The notes under the pieces were generated by a model, which was given only the letters and a program-made list of their open reading frames with translations, ran no database searches and had not been told where the DNA came from. A stretch of 64,000 nt of DNA. Source: Thermodesulfobacteriota bacterium. GTDB lineage: Bacteria > Desulfobacterota_D > UBA1144 > Nemesobacterales > UBA2774. A program made the position numbers and the translations under genes. The DNA is taken from the NCBI GenBank assembly GCA_965216785.1, contig OZ244197.1:1856001-1920000 (forward strand). The letters are read 5' to 3'. Position 1 is the first letter of the stretch. Each line of letters begins with the position of its first letter. Positions 19,394 to 29,097 of the stretch are shown here, in pieces.

Positions 19394-22300
19394 TTAATAA
19401 TCCTGTCGTAATATTTTCTGTTTAGCTCGCCGTAGCCCTCCGGTGAGCCGCCCTTCATGGCTTCCATGATTCTTTCCTTGAGGTCTTTGCCGACCTGGGA
19501 CTCATCGGTCTTGGGTATCTCGACGTAGCGGGTATCAACGCCTTGTCTGCCGCCACTCATCTGCTGCTGCCCAAGGGCCATCGGAGTGGGCATACCCTGC
19601 CCGCGTGAGCTCAGGCTGAACTGCTGCATCATCTGCTGGGCTTTTGCCTTTGCCTGCTGGAGTGATTTAATTGCCTCTTCCTCGTTTGATATGGCTTTTG
19701 ATATCTCCTGCTCCCTAATTCTCTCAGACGCCTTTCCCATGAGACCCTCGGCTTCTCCGAGGAGCTCGCTGATCTCAGGGCTTATCGGAAGCTGTTTGCT
19801 GAGCTCGGTGGCCTCTTGTGAAAGCTCGTCCGTTTCTTTTTGAATCTCGTCCTGACGTTCAGCTATCCCGCTTGAAGGGGCTTGGCCTTCTCCCTCGGGG
19901 CTGAATTGGTCGAGGTTTTTTCTTATCTCTTCGGCAATCTGGTGGGAGCGTGTGATCTCTGGGTCTGCTTTCCTTAAACTGCCTACGCCCGCGTCGCTCA
20001 GCTGCTCGAGCCCTTTTGTGTTCTCCTCAAGGTTCCTGGCGTTTCTTTGCGCCTGTTTGAAGTCCATTGCGTCCAGCCAGTTCTTTAGCTCGTCTGATTT
20101 CTGGAGCATTCTATCTATTAAATAAGAGCCCTCAGGAGTTTTGCCCTTTGGAGTGTTTTTTGAAATCTTGGACTGGGCTTGATTGAGGTTGTCCTTTAGC
20201 TCTCTAAGTTTTTCCTTCTGTTTTTCGACGAATTCCCTGAGATTGCTCTCCGAGGAGCCGGGGTCGCCGAGCATGGAGTCTTTTAGCTTCTCTGTATTCT
20301 CCTTGAGGGCTGTTTCTTCTTTTTCTATGCCTTCAATTCTGGCTATCAGCTCGGAGAGCTTGGCCATATCCTGACCCATTGTGGAGGAGCCAAAAGACTG
20401 CATGCCCCCTTCGAGGGATGCAATCATCCCCTGTAGACCGCTCATCATCGACGCTAACATTTCAAGGGCGGAATCGATGTTCCCGTCCTTTGCCATCTGC
20501 ATCATTTTCTCCATCATTTCCTGCATGCTCTGGGACTGAAAAGCGTCGGGGTTTAAGAAGCCCTCCTGCATCTCGGTGCTCATGGCGCTCATTTTTTCTG
20601 CCAGCTCCTGCATGAGCTTGCTGATTTCATCGAGCTTTTTCTGAATCTCTTCCATGAGCGCTTCGTTATCCCCACTCTCGCTTAACTGCTTTAGCATTTC
20701 CTGAAGCTGGGCGTATTCGCTCATTAGCTCTTTTCCGGAAAAAAGAGAATCCTTCAGTCTTTCAGCCTTGATCATGTTGTCCAGGAACAGAATGTCTCCC
20801 TCAAACTCTACGATTTCCTTTCTCATTAGTCTTCCAAGCCTTGGGAGGTCTACTATGGCGAAGCTGTCCAAGAGCTCCTGTCTTTCTGTTAATAGAGACC
20901 CGATCCTGATCTCCATATTCGAGAGTCCTACAAAAATGGTGTAGTCGGACATACTGTCCTCGGACATACCTCCGATAGTAGCTCTAAGCGTCGACTGCGC
21001 GCTGTCTATCTTAAGAGTCAGCGGATTCTGGGCGGCGGCTATCTTGTTTAAGTCGATATTTACTTGTGGGCTCTTAGCGCCGGCGGTCTCTTTTAAACTC
21101 TGTTTTAATTCAATTTCATCCCCGAGGATATCTATCAGCTCTTCCATCAGCTGCTCTGCCAGATTCAAGACTTGCTCGTGCTTTCTCTGTGCGTCCATCA
21201 GCTTTAAGGTGATCGCGTTAGATACGCCCGCCTTGGGGCCTGTAATCGTGTCGTTGTCATAAGCTTCCACGCGGAGCTTAATTGTGCCCCCCCGTACTCT
21301 GTCTAAAGAGCCCACGTCCCATGTTATCCGATCTCCGTATGTCTTGGGGCCGTCTTCGGGGTCTGCAATTAATTTCTCGCTCTTGCCGTCCTCACCTTCC
21401 ACGGTGAGCTTGAATTTCCCGAGTCCGAAGTCGTCAGTAGCCCGGTAGGAAATCTCTATCCTCTCCTCGCCGTCTACCTCTATCATATCTCCCGCGGGAC
21501 TCTCTATGGAAATTTCTGGAGCGCTGTCTTGTAGCGCCGTGATAGTTCTCTTCTCTGTTTTATCTTTCCCGTTTTGCTCGGTTATGTGATAGGCGCCATC
21601 TCCTGTCACTGTGAATTCAGCCTCGATCCTCCCGTGGTTCATCTCTACAGGAAGTGAAGGACCGTTCTCAATGACGAGCCTGCCGCCTTGAAACTTTCCG
21701 AGCGCGCGCGCGCGGAAACTGACCTCTGTGCCAATAAGGGCTTTTACGTCGCCTGTGCCGCCTTTGACAGTTTCCGTCGCGATCCCCGAGTAGTCAGGGT
21801 AGTTGAGCGTAAGCTCAACATCCGCAAGCTGCAGCACACCGTCCGAGCTTCCGGGAAAGAGACCGGGGCTAAATAAGAAGCTTCTGAACTGCCCGGGAAC
21901 GAATATTAATAATAAAATTGCCGCAATCAGCGCTCCGGACACCGGGGTTAGCAGTCTCTTTAGTCTTTGCTTTGGGAAAAAAGATCCCGGGTCGGCTGAC
22001 TCGAGTCTTCCGGTTACTTCTTCAATGTGGGCGTCTGAAAGATATGCCGAAGTGCCCAAGATGCTGTGCCTGTCTGCGTCTTTTTTGAGTAATATAGCGT
22101 TTAACGTATCTTCACCCAGGCCGGGTGAGGCCGCTTCAAGCTCATCTACTATATCGCTCACGCCTCTTTCTCTTAAAAGCGGAAGGGCTATGAATTTAAC
22201 CGCAGCCGCCGCAGAGGCGAGTATTGCCAGGATCTTTAGGACAGAATAATAGGTAGGGCTGTAGGATATGAATGAAAATAGAGATGCGAGGGCAAGCGAA

Positions 22301-22416
22301 GCGAATATGGCAAAGGCGGTGTAGAGAAGACCCTTTACGAGGGTGAATTCACTCCTCTTTCGCCGTATCTTGCTTACAGCTTCTTCTAGCCTCTTTGCAT
22401 CAGTTGCGCTTATCAT
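19390..22416 (-). CDS. DUF4175-like membrane-anchored coiled-coil protein
   Basis: N-terminal TM helices, YPDY and ATDDFGL Ig-like region, long M/Q/E-rich coiled coil, C-terminal KYYDRI; in an operon with MoxR. Confidence 0.7.
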   Translation of the reverse strand: MISATDAKRLEEAVSKIRRKRSEFTLVKGLLYTAFAIFASLALASLFSFISYSPTYYSVLKILAILASAAAAVKFIALPLLRERGVSDIVDELEAASPGLGEDTLNAILLKKDADRHSILGTSAYLSDAHIEEVTGRLESADPGSFFPKQRLKRLLTPVSGALIAAILLLIFVPGQFRSFLFSPGLFPGSSDGVLQLADVELTLNYPDYSGIATETVKGGTGDVKALIGTEVSFRARALGKFQGGRLVIENGPSLPVEMNHGRIEAEFTVTGDGAYHITEQNGKDKTEKRTITALQDSAPEISIESPAGDMIEVDGEERIEISYRATDDFGLGKFKLTVEGEDGKSEKLIADPEDGPKTYGDRITWDVGSLDRVRGGTIKLRVEAYDNDTITGPKAGVSNAITLKLMDAQRKHEQVLNLAEQLMEELIDILGDEIELKQSLKETAGAKSPQVNIDLNKIAAAQNPLTLKIDSAQSTLRATIGGMSEDSMSDYTIFVGLSNMEIRIGSLLTERQELLDSFAIVDLPRLGRLMRKEIVEFEGDILFLDNMIKAERLKDSLFSGKELMSEYAQLQEMLKQLSESGDNEALMEEIQKKLDEISKLMQELAEKMSAMSTEMQEGFLNPDAFQSQSMQEMMEKMMQMAKDGNIDSALEMLASMMSGLQGMIASLEGGMQSFGSSTMGQDMAKLSELIARIEGIEKEETALKENTEKLKDSMLGDPGSSESNLREFVEKQKEKLRELKDNLNQAQSKISKNTPKGKTPEGSYLIDRMLQKSDELKNWLDAMDFKQAQRNARNLEENTKGLEQLSDAGVGSLRKADPEITRSHQIAEEIRKNLDQFSPEGEGQAPSSGIAERQDEIQKETDELSQEATELSKQLPISPEISELLGEAEGLMGKASERIREQEISKAISNEEEAIKSLQQAKAKAQQMMQQFSLSSRGQGMPTPMALGQQQMSGGRQGVDTRYVEIPKTDESQVGKDLKERIMEAMKGGSPEGYGELNRKYYDRIIK

Positions 22417-22536
22417 GCATCTAAAAGGGTACCTTAGACACTCCCAAGTTGGTAGCCTGAGTTAACTATGCTATCCTATTCGGCTTTGAAGCGCGGTCTT
22501 TGTAAATATCGCTTAGAAGGACAGAGTGGAATACTG

Positions 22537-22965
22537 ATGGCGTTTAAACAGCTACTGACAAAAAAGATGGAGTTCTCCGCCTCCCACCGGTACTGGAACC
22601 CCGGGTGGAGCGAGGAGAAAAATGTAGAGGTTTTCGGTAAGTCGGCCAGCCCTCACGGACACGGGCATAATTATATGCTCGAGATTACTGTTGCGGGTGA
22701 GGTGGACGAAGATACAGGCATGATAATTAACCTCTATGATCTTAAAGAGGTAATGAAAGAAGTACTGAATGATTTTGACCATAAGAACTTGAACGAAGAC
22801 AACCCATACTTTAAAGAGCTTATTCCCACTACTGAGAATATAGCAAAAGTAATGTGGGAGATTTTTAGTGATAGGTTAGCTGCTAATCCGAGCTGCAAAC
22901 TCCACAGGGTCAGGCTTTATGAGACAGATGACCTTTACGTTGATTACAGGGTGGTAGAGCAATGA
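22537..22965 (+). CDS. 6-pyruvoyl-tetrahydropterin synthase family protein, copy 1
   Basis: FSASHR, GHGHNY, TGMIINL, DHKNLN, PTTEN, LYET; likely start MAFKQ at 22537. Confidence 0.88.
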   Translation: MAFKQLLTKKMEFSASHRYWNPGWSEEKNVEVFGKSASPHGHGHNYMLEITVAGEVDEDTGMIINLYDLKEVMKEVLNDFDHKNLNEDNPYFKELIPTTENIAKVMWEIFSDRLAANPSCKLHRVRLYETDDLYVDYRVVEQ

Positions 22966-23393
22966 CAGAATTGGTAACTCTCACAAGGGCTTATAAATTT
23001 TCGGCGGCTCACAGACTGTATATCAAAGCTCTTTCTGATGAGGAGAATGAGAGGATATTCAATAGCTGTTCCAACGTGCACGGACACGGACACGACTACA
23101 GTGTGCAAATTAAAGTCTCCGGAGAAATAGACCCGGAAACCGGTATGGTGATAAACCTTGAGGAGCTGGACAGCCTTTCAGGGGATGTGCTCGAGGGGCT
23201 CGACCACAAGAGGCTCGACATCGAAGTGCCGTACTTCACTGAGAAACAGCCTACGAGTGAGAATATTGCCAAATATGTATGGAACGAATTGAGAGAGGGA
23301 CTCGGAGAAAGTCTTGTATACGTTCGCGTAAGCGAGACTAAAAACAGTTATTTTGAATATTTCGAGGAGGCAAGTTACCTAGATGAGTATTGA
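22962..23393 (+). CDS. 6-pyruvoyl-tetrahydropterin synthase family protein, copy 2
   Basis: [33 protein letters not shown]. Confidence 0.9.
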   Translation: MTELVTLTRAYKFSAAHRLYIKALSDEENERIFNSCSNVHGHGHDYSVQIKVSGEIDPETGMVINLEELDSLSGDVLEGLDHKRLDIEVPYFTEKQPTSENIAKYVWNELREGLGESLVYVRVSETKNSYFEYFEEASYLDEY

Positions 23394-23937
23394 GAAAGCA
23401 GTCAAGGAGATACTTGTACAGATAGGCGAAGACCCCAAGCGTCAGGGTCTTAGAGACACGCCCAAGAGGATGGCCAGGATGTTTGATGAGCTGACGGCGG
23501 GCTATCATGTATCACCCGAGGAGATCATAAACGGCGCGCTGTTCGATATAAACTTTGATGAAATGGTAGTAGTGAAAGATATAGAGTTCTACAGTCTTTG
23601 CGAGCACCATATGCTGCCTTTTTTCGGTATGTGCAGCGTCGCCTATATACCAAACGGCAAGATAGTGGGGCTTAGCAAGATCCCCCGTATCGTTGAGGTA
23701 TTTTCAAGGAGGCTTCAGGTGCAGGAAAGAATGACGGGGCAGATTGCGGACTTTCTGGAAGAAGTGCTAAAGCCCCAGGGCGTTGCCGTAGTGGCGGAAG
23801 CTCAACACCTGTGCATGGCGATGAGAGGGATTATGAAAGCCGACGCCAGCATGCTGACAAGCTCGATGCGCGGCGTATTTAAGAAGGACAAGAGGACCAG
23901 GAATGAGTTTTTAAGCTTTATCAGTAAGAAGGCTTAA
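23383..23937 (+). CDS. folE: GTP cyclohydrolase I
   Basis: [41 protein letters not shown]. Confidence 0.96.
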   Translation: MSIEKAVKEILVQIGEDPKRQGLRDTPKRMARMFDELTAGYHVSPEEIINGALFDINFDEMVVVKDIEFYSLCEHHMLPFFGMCSVAYIPNGKIVGLSKIPRIVEVFSRRLQVQERMTGQIADFLEEVLKPQGVAVVAEAQHLCMAMRGIMKADASMLTSSMRGVFKKDKRTRNEFLSFISKKA

Positions 23938-23995
23938 TATTATTGCTAATTGGTATATAATAGTCAGTGATTCGATGTGAGGAAGTGTAAATAGA

Positions 23996-25318
23996 ATGCT
24001 TCGAGTAGTTGTTGTGGGGATAAGCCATAATACCGCGCCCGTGGAAATAAGGGAGCGTTTCACGTTCACCGAGGACGAAGCGGGAGCCGCTGTAGCCGAG
24101 CTTAGCGAAATGCAAGGCGTTGAAGAGTGCATGGTTCTTTCTACGTGCAACAGGACGGAGATCTACGCGGCCTCTGATAACGCGGACAGTTGTATAGAGA
24201 GTATTAAGCAGTATCTTTCAGACTCAAGTGGAACAGGCCCTAATGAATTGTCCGCCTATATCTATATATCGATCGGGCATATAGCGGTGCGCCACCTCTA
24301 CAGAGTGGCTTGCGGAATCGACTCGATGGTTGTGGGCGAGCCCCAAATACTTGGCCAGGTGAAAAACGCCTACAGAAACGCGGTTCTTAAAAAGACTGCC
24401 GGGCTAATACTAAACCGGCTATGCCACTCGGCGTTCTTTGCGGCGAAGAGAGTCAGGACCGAGACCGGAATAGGGTCGCGCGCTGTATCTGTAAGCTACG
24501 TAGCCGTGGAGCTGGCAAAGAGGATCTTCGATGACCTCTCTTCGAGGAAGGTTATGCTGATAGGCTCCGGGGAAATGGCGGAGCTCGCTGCGAGAAACCT
24601 GGTGAACGCGGGCATCGGCGACCTGATGATCGCAAGCCGCCGGTTTGATAACGCGGCTAAGCTCGCGGAGCGTCTGAGCGGGAGTCCCGTAAGATTCGAA
24701 GAGGTTTACTATCATTTAAAGGAAATGGACATCGTAATAACAGCCACCGGGTCTTCAGATTTTATAATCAAGACCACTCACGCCAAAGAGTCGCTTAAGC
24801 TCAGGAATAACGAGCCGGTATTTATGATTGATATTGCAGTGCCTCGCGACATTGACCCCAGAGTGGAAGAGCTTCCTGACATATATCTATACGACATAGA
24901 CGACTTAAAAGGCGTGCTTGATGAGAATATCAAGACCAGAAAAGAAAGCGCCGTACAGGCAGACGATATAGTTCACGAGGTGGAGAGAGCCTTTGAGGCA
25001 TGGATTTCCGGGCTTAAAGCAGTGCCCGCGATCATAGACCTCAAGAAGCGTTTTGAATTGATAAAGAACCTAGAAGTGGATAGAGCTCTATCAAAGCTCG
25101 ACAGCTATACCGACAAAGATAGAGATGTGATTGAGGCAATGGCCTCCAGGATAGTAGGCAAGATACTCCACGGACCTCTGACCAAGCTCAAAGAAGAGGC
25201 TTCAACCTCAATGGGTGCGCTGTACGTGGATTCGGTAAAAAAACTTTTTGAGCTTGATAACGACCTCCTGATAGTCGAAGAAGAGGAAGATGAGGCCTAC
25301 TCTCAGGATTGGAACTAG
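23996..25318 (+). CDS. hemA: Glutamyl-tRNA reductase
   Basis: GISHNTAP, LSTCNRTE, DSMVVGEPQILGQVK, IDIAVPRD. Confidence 0.96.
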   Translation: MLRVVVVGISHNTAPVEIRERFTFTEDEAGAAVAELSEMQGVEECMVLSTCNRTEIYAASDNADSCIESIKQYLSDSSGTGPNELSAYIYISIGHIAVRHLYRVACGIDSMVVGEPQILGQVKNAYRNAVLKKTAGLILNRLCHSAFFAAKRVRTETGIGSRAVSVSYVAVELAKRIFDDLSSRKVMLIGSGEMAELAARNLVNAGIGDLMIASRRFDNAAKLAERLSGSPVRFEEVYYHLKEMDIVITATGSSDFIIKTTHAKESLKLRNNEPVFMIDIAVPRDIDPRVEELPDIYLYDIDDLKGVLDENIKTRKESAVQADDIVHEVERAFEAWISGLKAVPAIIDLKKRFELIKNLEVDRALSKLDSYTDKDRDVIEAMASRIVGKILHGPLTKLKEEASTSMGALYVDSVKKLFELDNDLLIVEEEEDEAYSQDWN

Positions 25319-26219
25319 GGGGAGCGGACTCGCCCTCTGGCAAGCCCGCCATGTGGAAAGTCTGGTAAGTCAAACCCATCCGGATATAAACTCCGAAATA
25401 ATAGTAATAAAAACCACAGGGGATAAGAACCTCGAGTCTCCGCTGTCCGAGATCGGCGGCAAAGGGGTGTTTGTAAAAGAGATTGAAGAGGCTCTTCTGG
25501 GCGAGAGGATAGATATAGCCGTCCATAGCTTAAAGGACGTACCGGCTGTGCTTCCGAAGGGGCTTACGCTGGGGGCGTTTATAGAGCGCCACGATCCGAG
25601 GGACGCGCTGATAACACGCTCAGGGCTTAAGCTCGCAGAGCTTCCCGATGGCTCTAGGGTAGGTACGGGGAGTCTGAGGAGGGCATCACAAATCCTGCAC
25701 ATTCATCCTGTCCTTACAATATCCCCGATCAGGGGCAATGTGGATACGAGGCTTAGAAAGCTAACTGAGGGAGATGAGTACGACGCGATAGTGCTTGCGC
25801 TCGCCGGAATCGAGCGTATGGGATTTAAAGATGAGGTGACCGAGGTTATTTCCGAGAAGACTATGGTGCCAGCCCCGGGTCAGGGGATTGTGGCTATCGA
25901 ATCCAGGGAGTCCGATACAGGTACAAATGAAGTTCTCAGATCGATCAATCACACTGAAACCGCATTGCAGGCTCTGGCCGAGAGGGCTTTTTTGAAGAGG
26001 CTCTCTGGGGACTGCAACGTTCCTATGGGGTGCCGCGCGGTCATTTCCGGAAATGAAATTCACATAACCGGGGTGTTGGCAAAACCTGACGGAAGCGCTC
26101 TGTTGAAGGAATCGGTGTCCGGTGAGACGGACAGCGCAGAGATACTCGGCGAGCGCTTAGCTGAGAGCATACTTCAAAGCGGCGGACAGGACATACTAAA
26201 CGAAATCCAGAGTTACTAA
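25290..26219 (+). CDS. hemC: Hydroxymethylbilane synthase
   Basis: IGTRGSGLALWQA, GGKGVFVKE, AVHSLKD, IRGNVDTRL, PAPGQG. Confidence 0.96.
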   Translation: MRPTLRIGTRGSGLALWQARHVESLVSQTHPDINSEIIVIKTTGDKNLESPLSEIGGKGVFVKEIEEALLGERIDIAVHSLKDVPAVLPKGLTLGAFIERHDPRDALITRSGLKLAELPDGSRVGTGSLRRASQILHIHPVLTISPIRGNVDTRLRKLTEGDEYDAIVLALAGIERMGFKDEVTEVISEKTMVPAPGQGIVAIESRESDTGTNEVLRSINHTETALQALAERAFLKRLSGDCNVPMGCRAVISGNEIHITGVLAKPDGSALLKESVSGETDSAEILGERLAESILQSGGQDILNEIQSY

Positions 26220-26314
26220 GATATCCACTTGTACTAAGAAATTTGTTAATAGCACCTTTCCATTTAATTGTTTATCCATACATGATAGTATAGATTTTCT
26301 ATAAGGAGTGAGCG

Positions 26315-27145
26315 GTGAATTTATTAAATCCCTCTGAAGTTAGGTTTTCATTCCTCGATGTGGAGACCACGGGGCTTGATCCGGCAGGCGGCGACAAAAT
26401 CTGCGAGATAGCCATCGTTAAAACACTAAACGGTGATATTGTCGAGCAGTTTGTAACGCTGGTTAACCCGGGTATGGCTATCCCCCCGAGAGCAGTATCA
26501 ATTCACGGAATAACGGATTTTATGGTTAGTAAGTCCCCTTTTTTCAGGCATATCGCGGGGGACGTTTTGGATTTTCTGAAAGATTCGGTGATTGTAGCTC
26601 ATAACGCTGCGTTTGACCTCGGGTTTCTGGAAGCTGAGCTCAGAAATCTCATGCTTACACTACCCGCATACAACGTGATAGATACGCTAGGTATAGCCAG
26701 GAGATATTACAATTTCCCAAGCAACAGCCTTGGGGAAATTGCTAAAAGCATCGGGATAATTACAGAAAGTGAGCATAGGGCGCTTGCGGACGTGATGACC
26801 ACAAAAGGAGTGCTGGAATATTTTCTGGCCGACCTCGACAGAAGGGGAATCAGACTGAAAAGACTAAAGGATATTTTAAAGCTCCAGGGAAAAGCCGTCG
26901 AGTTAAAATCCTCAAAAGAGCTCGTACTTCCGGGAGAGATTGAAGAGGCTCTCAGGGTAAAAGGCAAGCTTCGTATAAAATATCTCTCTGCTTATAAAGA
27001 TGAGACTTCAACTAGGGTTATTGAGCCTTTCGATATAAGTGTAAGTAAGGAGAGCACCTATATACACGCATTCTGCCACCTAAGAAAAGAAAGGTGCACC
27101 TTCAGGCTGGACAGAATATTGGATATTAAAGCTGTCAGGGAGTAA
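26315..27145 (+). CDS. DEDDh (DnaQ-like) 3'-5' exonuclease fused to a C-terminal WYL domain
   Basis: ExoI LDVETTG, ExoII AHNAAFD, ExoIII HRALAD; C-terminal RVIEP...YIHAFCHLRKERCTFRLDRI; GTG start with GGAG RBS. Confidence 0.85.
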   Translation: MNLLNPSEVRFSFLDVETTGLDPAGGDKICEIAIVKTLNGDIVEQFVTLVNPGMAIPPRAVSIHGITDFMVSKSPFFRHIAGDVLDFLKDSVIVAHNAAFDLGFLEAELRNLMLTLPAYNVIDTLGIARRYYNFPSNSLGEIAKSIGIITESEHRALADVMTTKGVLEYFLADLDRRGIRLKRLKDILKLQGKAVELKSSKELVLPGEIEEALRVKGKLRIKYLSAYKDETSTRVIEPFDISVSKESTYIHAFCHLRKERCTFRLDRILDIKAVRE

Positions 27146-27150
27146 GAAGC

Positions 27151-27585
27151 TTAGACTTCCTGCTCGCCGGTATCTGTACTTTCCCCGTTGGTTGAGTCAG
27201 TGTCGGAGCCTTTATCTTCAGTGCTGCTCTTGTCCTCAGCTGGTGCGGATTCGCTATCTGAAGACTTATCAACCGGGCTGTCGACGTTGGGGATTTCCCC
27301 GAGCTCGAGCTTTAAGTCAATGATTTCAGCTTGAAGCCTTTTGTTCGCTGCAATCATCTTCTGGTTTTCAATCTGAAGATCTGTGATTTGCTTTTTCATG
27401 TTGGCTATGTAAGCGTCGAGTTTGGAAGAGTCCTGCTTTAGCTGGTCTAGCTCTTGCTTTGTCATCTCGAGAGTTGACTTTGTGGCTTCGTGCTCTTCTT
27501 TCTTGGTCTTGTTCTCGCAACCCGCCATGAGTGAAGCCGAGGTTAGTAATAATGCCGTTAGCATTAGTGCGCTTAACTTTTTCAT
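27151..27585 (-). CDS. Coiled-coil lipoprotein with acidic/Ser-rich tail
   Basis: Lipobox MAGC, heptad region, low-complexity C-terminus; GGAGG RBS. Confidence 0.75.
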   Translation of the reverse strand: MKKLSALMLTALLLTSASLMAGCENKTKKEEHEATKSTLEMTKQELDQLKQDSSKLDAYIANMKKQITDLQIENQKMIAANKRLQAEIIDLKLELGEIPNVDSPVDKSSDSESAPAEDKSSTEDKGSDTDSTNGESTDTGEQEV

Positions 27586-27707
27586 CTTTAAATAGCCTCC
27601 TATGATAAGCCTTTTAAGGCCTAATTCTATTTCGTACTGTTAATCTATATTTTTAAACCCCTCTTGTCAACAGAAGATTTCATGCTTTTGAGCGTATAGA
27701 TAGGCAC

Positions 27708-27736
27708 TTGACAGCTACGTTAATATCCCATACCCT
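27708..27736 (+). promoter_or_regulatory. Sigma70-type promoter for tRNA-Met
   Basis: TTGACA-N17-TACCCT ending 18 nt before the tRNA. Confidence 0.55.
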
Positions 27737-27754
27737 ATTCAACCTTACTTCAGA

Positions 27755-27831
<77 letters not shown>

Positions 27832-28040
27832 ATTATTTCAGTTGCTTGCGCCGATTACACTTTATTGAATTCCAACCGTAAAAAATGATGTTCATATATA
27901 ACAGCTATATAGTTCTTGACTTTGGTATACCCCTATATTAGAATCGGATATAAAATGTTTGCTCCTTCTGACGGCTGAAATTCATAGTTTTCTTGGATCT
28001 ACTTCTACATCTGCTTACAACATAAATGGGAGGCGGTCCT

Positions 28041-28730
28041 ATGCGTTACTTATTAATCTTTGCTTTGGTTTTTTTATTCATCGGCTGCTCGAAAAACACC
28101 CATACTGAGCACACTCCCAGTGAGACTTCAGGATTATCCCAAACAATAGATGTCGGACCAGATGAACCGATTGAGTTGTCTTTTCAACACAAACTTCCTA
28201 TGGAGGGAGAAGTAACTTTCAGGGCCCCTTTCGCAGTGGCTAATGTGCCCAATAACAAAGGTGTTTTGACTCCTATCATGATTGGGTTTTCGATTGACGG
28301 CGATAAAGCATCTGAATATTATGCTGAAATTCAAGCAAAGGTATCAGAAGGCACAAGGCCTATTTCGGTAGGTTTTGAGGTCACATCTAAAACAACATAT
28401 GGTGAAGCCCTTGAAAAGGTGCAAACTGAAAGTGTGGAAGTCCCCGGACAATGCATTGTAGGATTTGATTTTTTAACCGGGGGCACTATATCTTCCGGCG
28501 AGCTTGAATGTATGCTTCGTATTGTTAATATCTCATCATATCTAACGCGGGATTCAGGCGGAACACCGCTTCACGGCCCTCTTGACCCTGACTGTCATTC
28601 ACACTGGGGTATCGGAACAACAAGTTGCCACTGTGAAACTGATGATTGTTGTGATGAGGGTGAAAAATGTGTGTGTAATGTATCTAAAGAAACTCGTTGT
28701 AGCGGTACTAAATTCTGTTGGTGTGATTGA
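28041..28730 (+). CDS. Lipoprotein of unknown function with Cys-rich C-terminal domain
   Basis: GGAGG RBS before ATG 28041; MRYLLIFALVFLFIGC lipobox; 10 Cys in the last ~46 aa. Confidence 0.75.
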   Translation: MRYLLIFALVFLFIGCSKNTHTEHTPSETSGLSQTIDVGPDEPIELSFQHKLPMEGEVTFRAPFAVANVPNNKGVLTPIMIGFSIDGDKASEYYAEIQAKVSEGTRPISVGFEVTSKTTYGEALEKVQTESVEVPGQCIVGFDFLTGGTISSGELECMLRIVNISSYLTRDSGGTPLHGPLDPDCHSHWGIGTTSCHCETDDCCDEGEKCVCNVSKETRCSGTKFCWCD

Positions 28731-28740
28731 TAAATTAGCT

Positions 28741-28803
28741 CTCATAACCCCAAGGCCCAGGGTTCAAATCCTGCCCCCGCTACTAATAATTTCAGTAACT
28801 TAC
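28741..28803 (+). repeat. Degenerate direct repeat of the tRNA-Met 3' half plus flank (att-like site)
   Basis: ctcataaccccaaggcccagggttcaaatcctgcccccgctactaataatttcagt aligns without gaps to 27787 onward. Confidence 0.85.
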
Positions 28804-29097
28804 CCCTCGGCTGCTTCAATCCTTAGTTAACATGTCAGTGTATTCGTCATTCACTTGCAAATTTAGAATAATTACTTCCTTATAACCCAAGGAATCTTAT
28901 TGCCCGTTATCTTGTTTTGCGCCTCTTCTCACATAGTGGCTTTCGGCTCGAATCTAAACTACCTTAAGACCAGATGCTGTAATTTAGGTGACACGGAACT
29001 CTAATTCGGAATTAGAAGTTGTATTTCAGCTTTAATTATGATAATTGTCCTGATACGTATTACAATTGATTTAAAATGATAAGGATAAGGTAATTGA

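Noticed and set aside
28741-28785. Second functional tRNA-Met
   Set aside because: It lacks the 5' acceptor strand and D arm, has T-stem mismatches and ends CTA rather than CCA; treated as an att-like repeat.
28982-28994. SP6 promoter or vector contamination (ATTTAGGTGACAC)
   Set aside because: Only 13 nt match; it diverges before TATAG and no other vector sequence flanks it.
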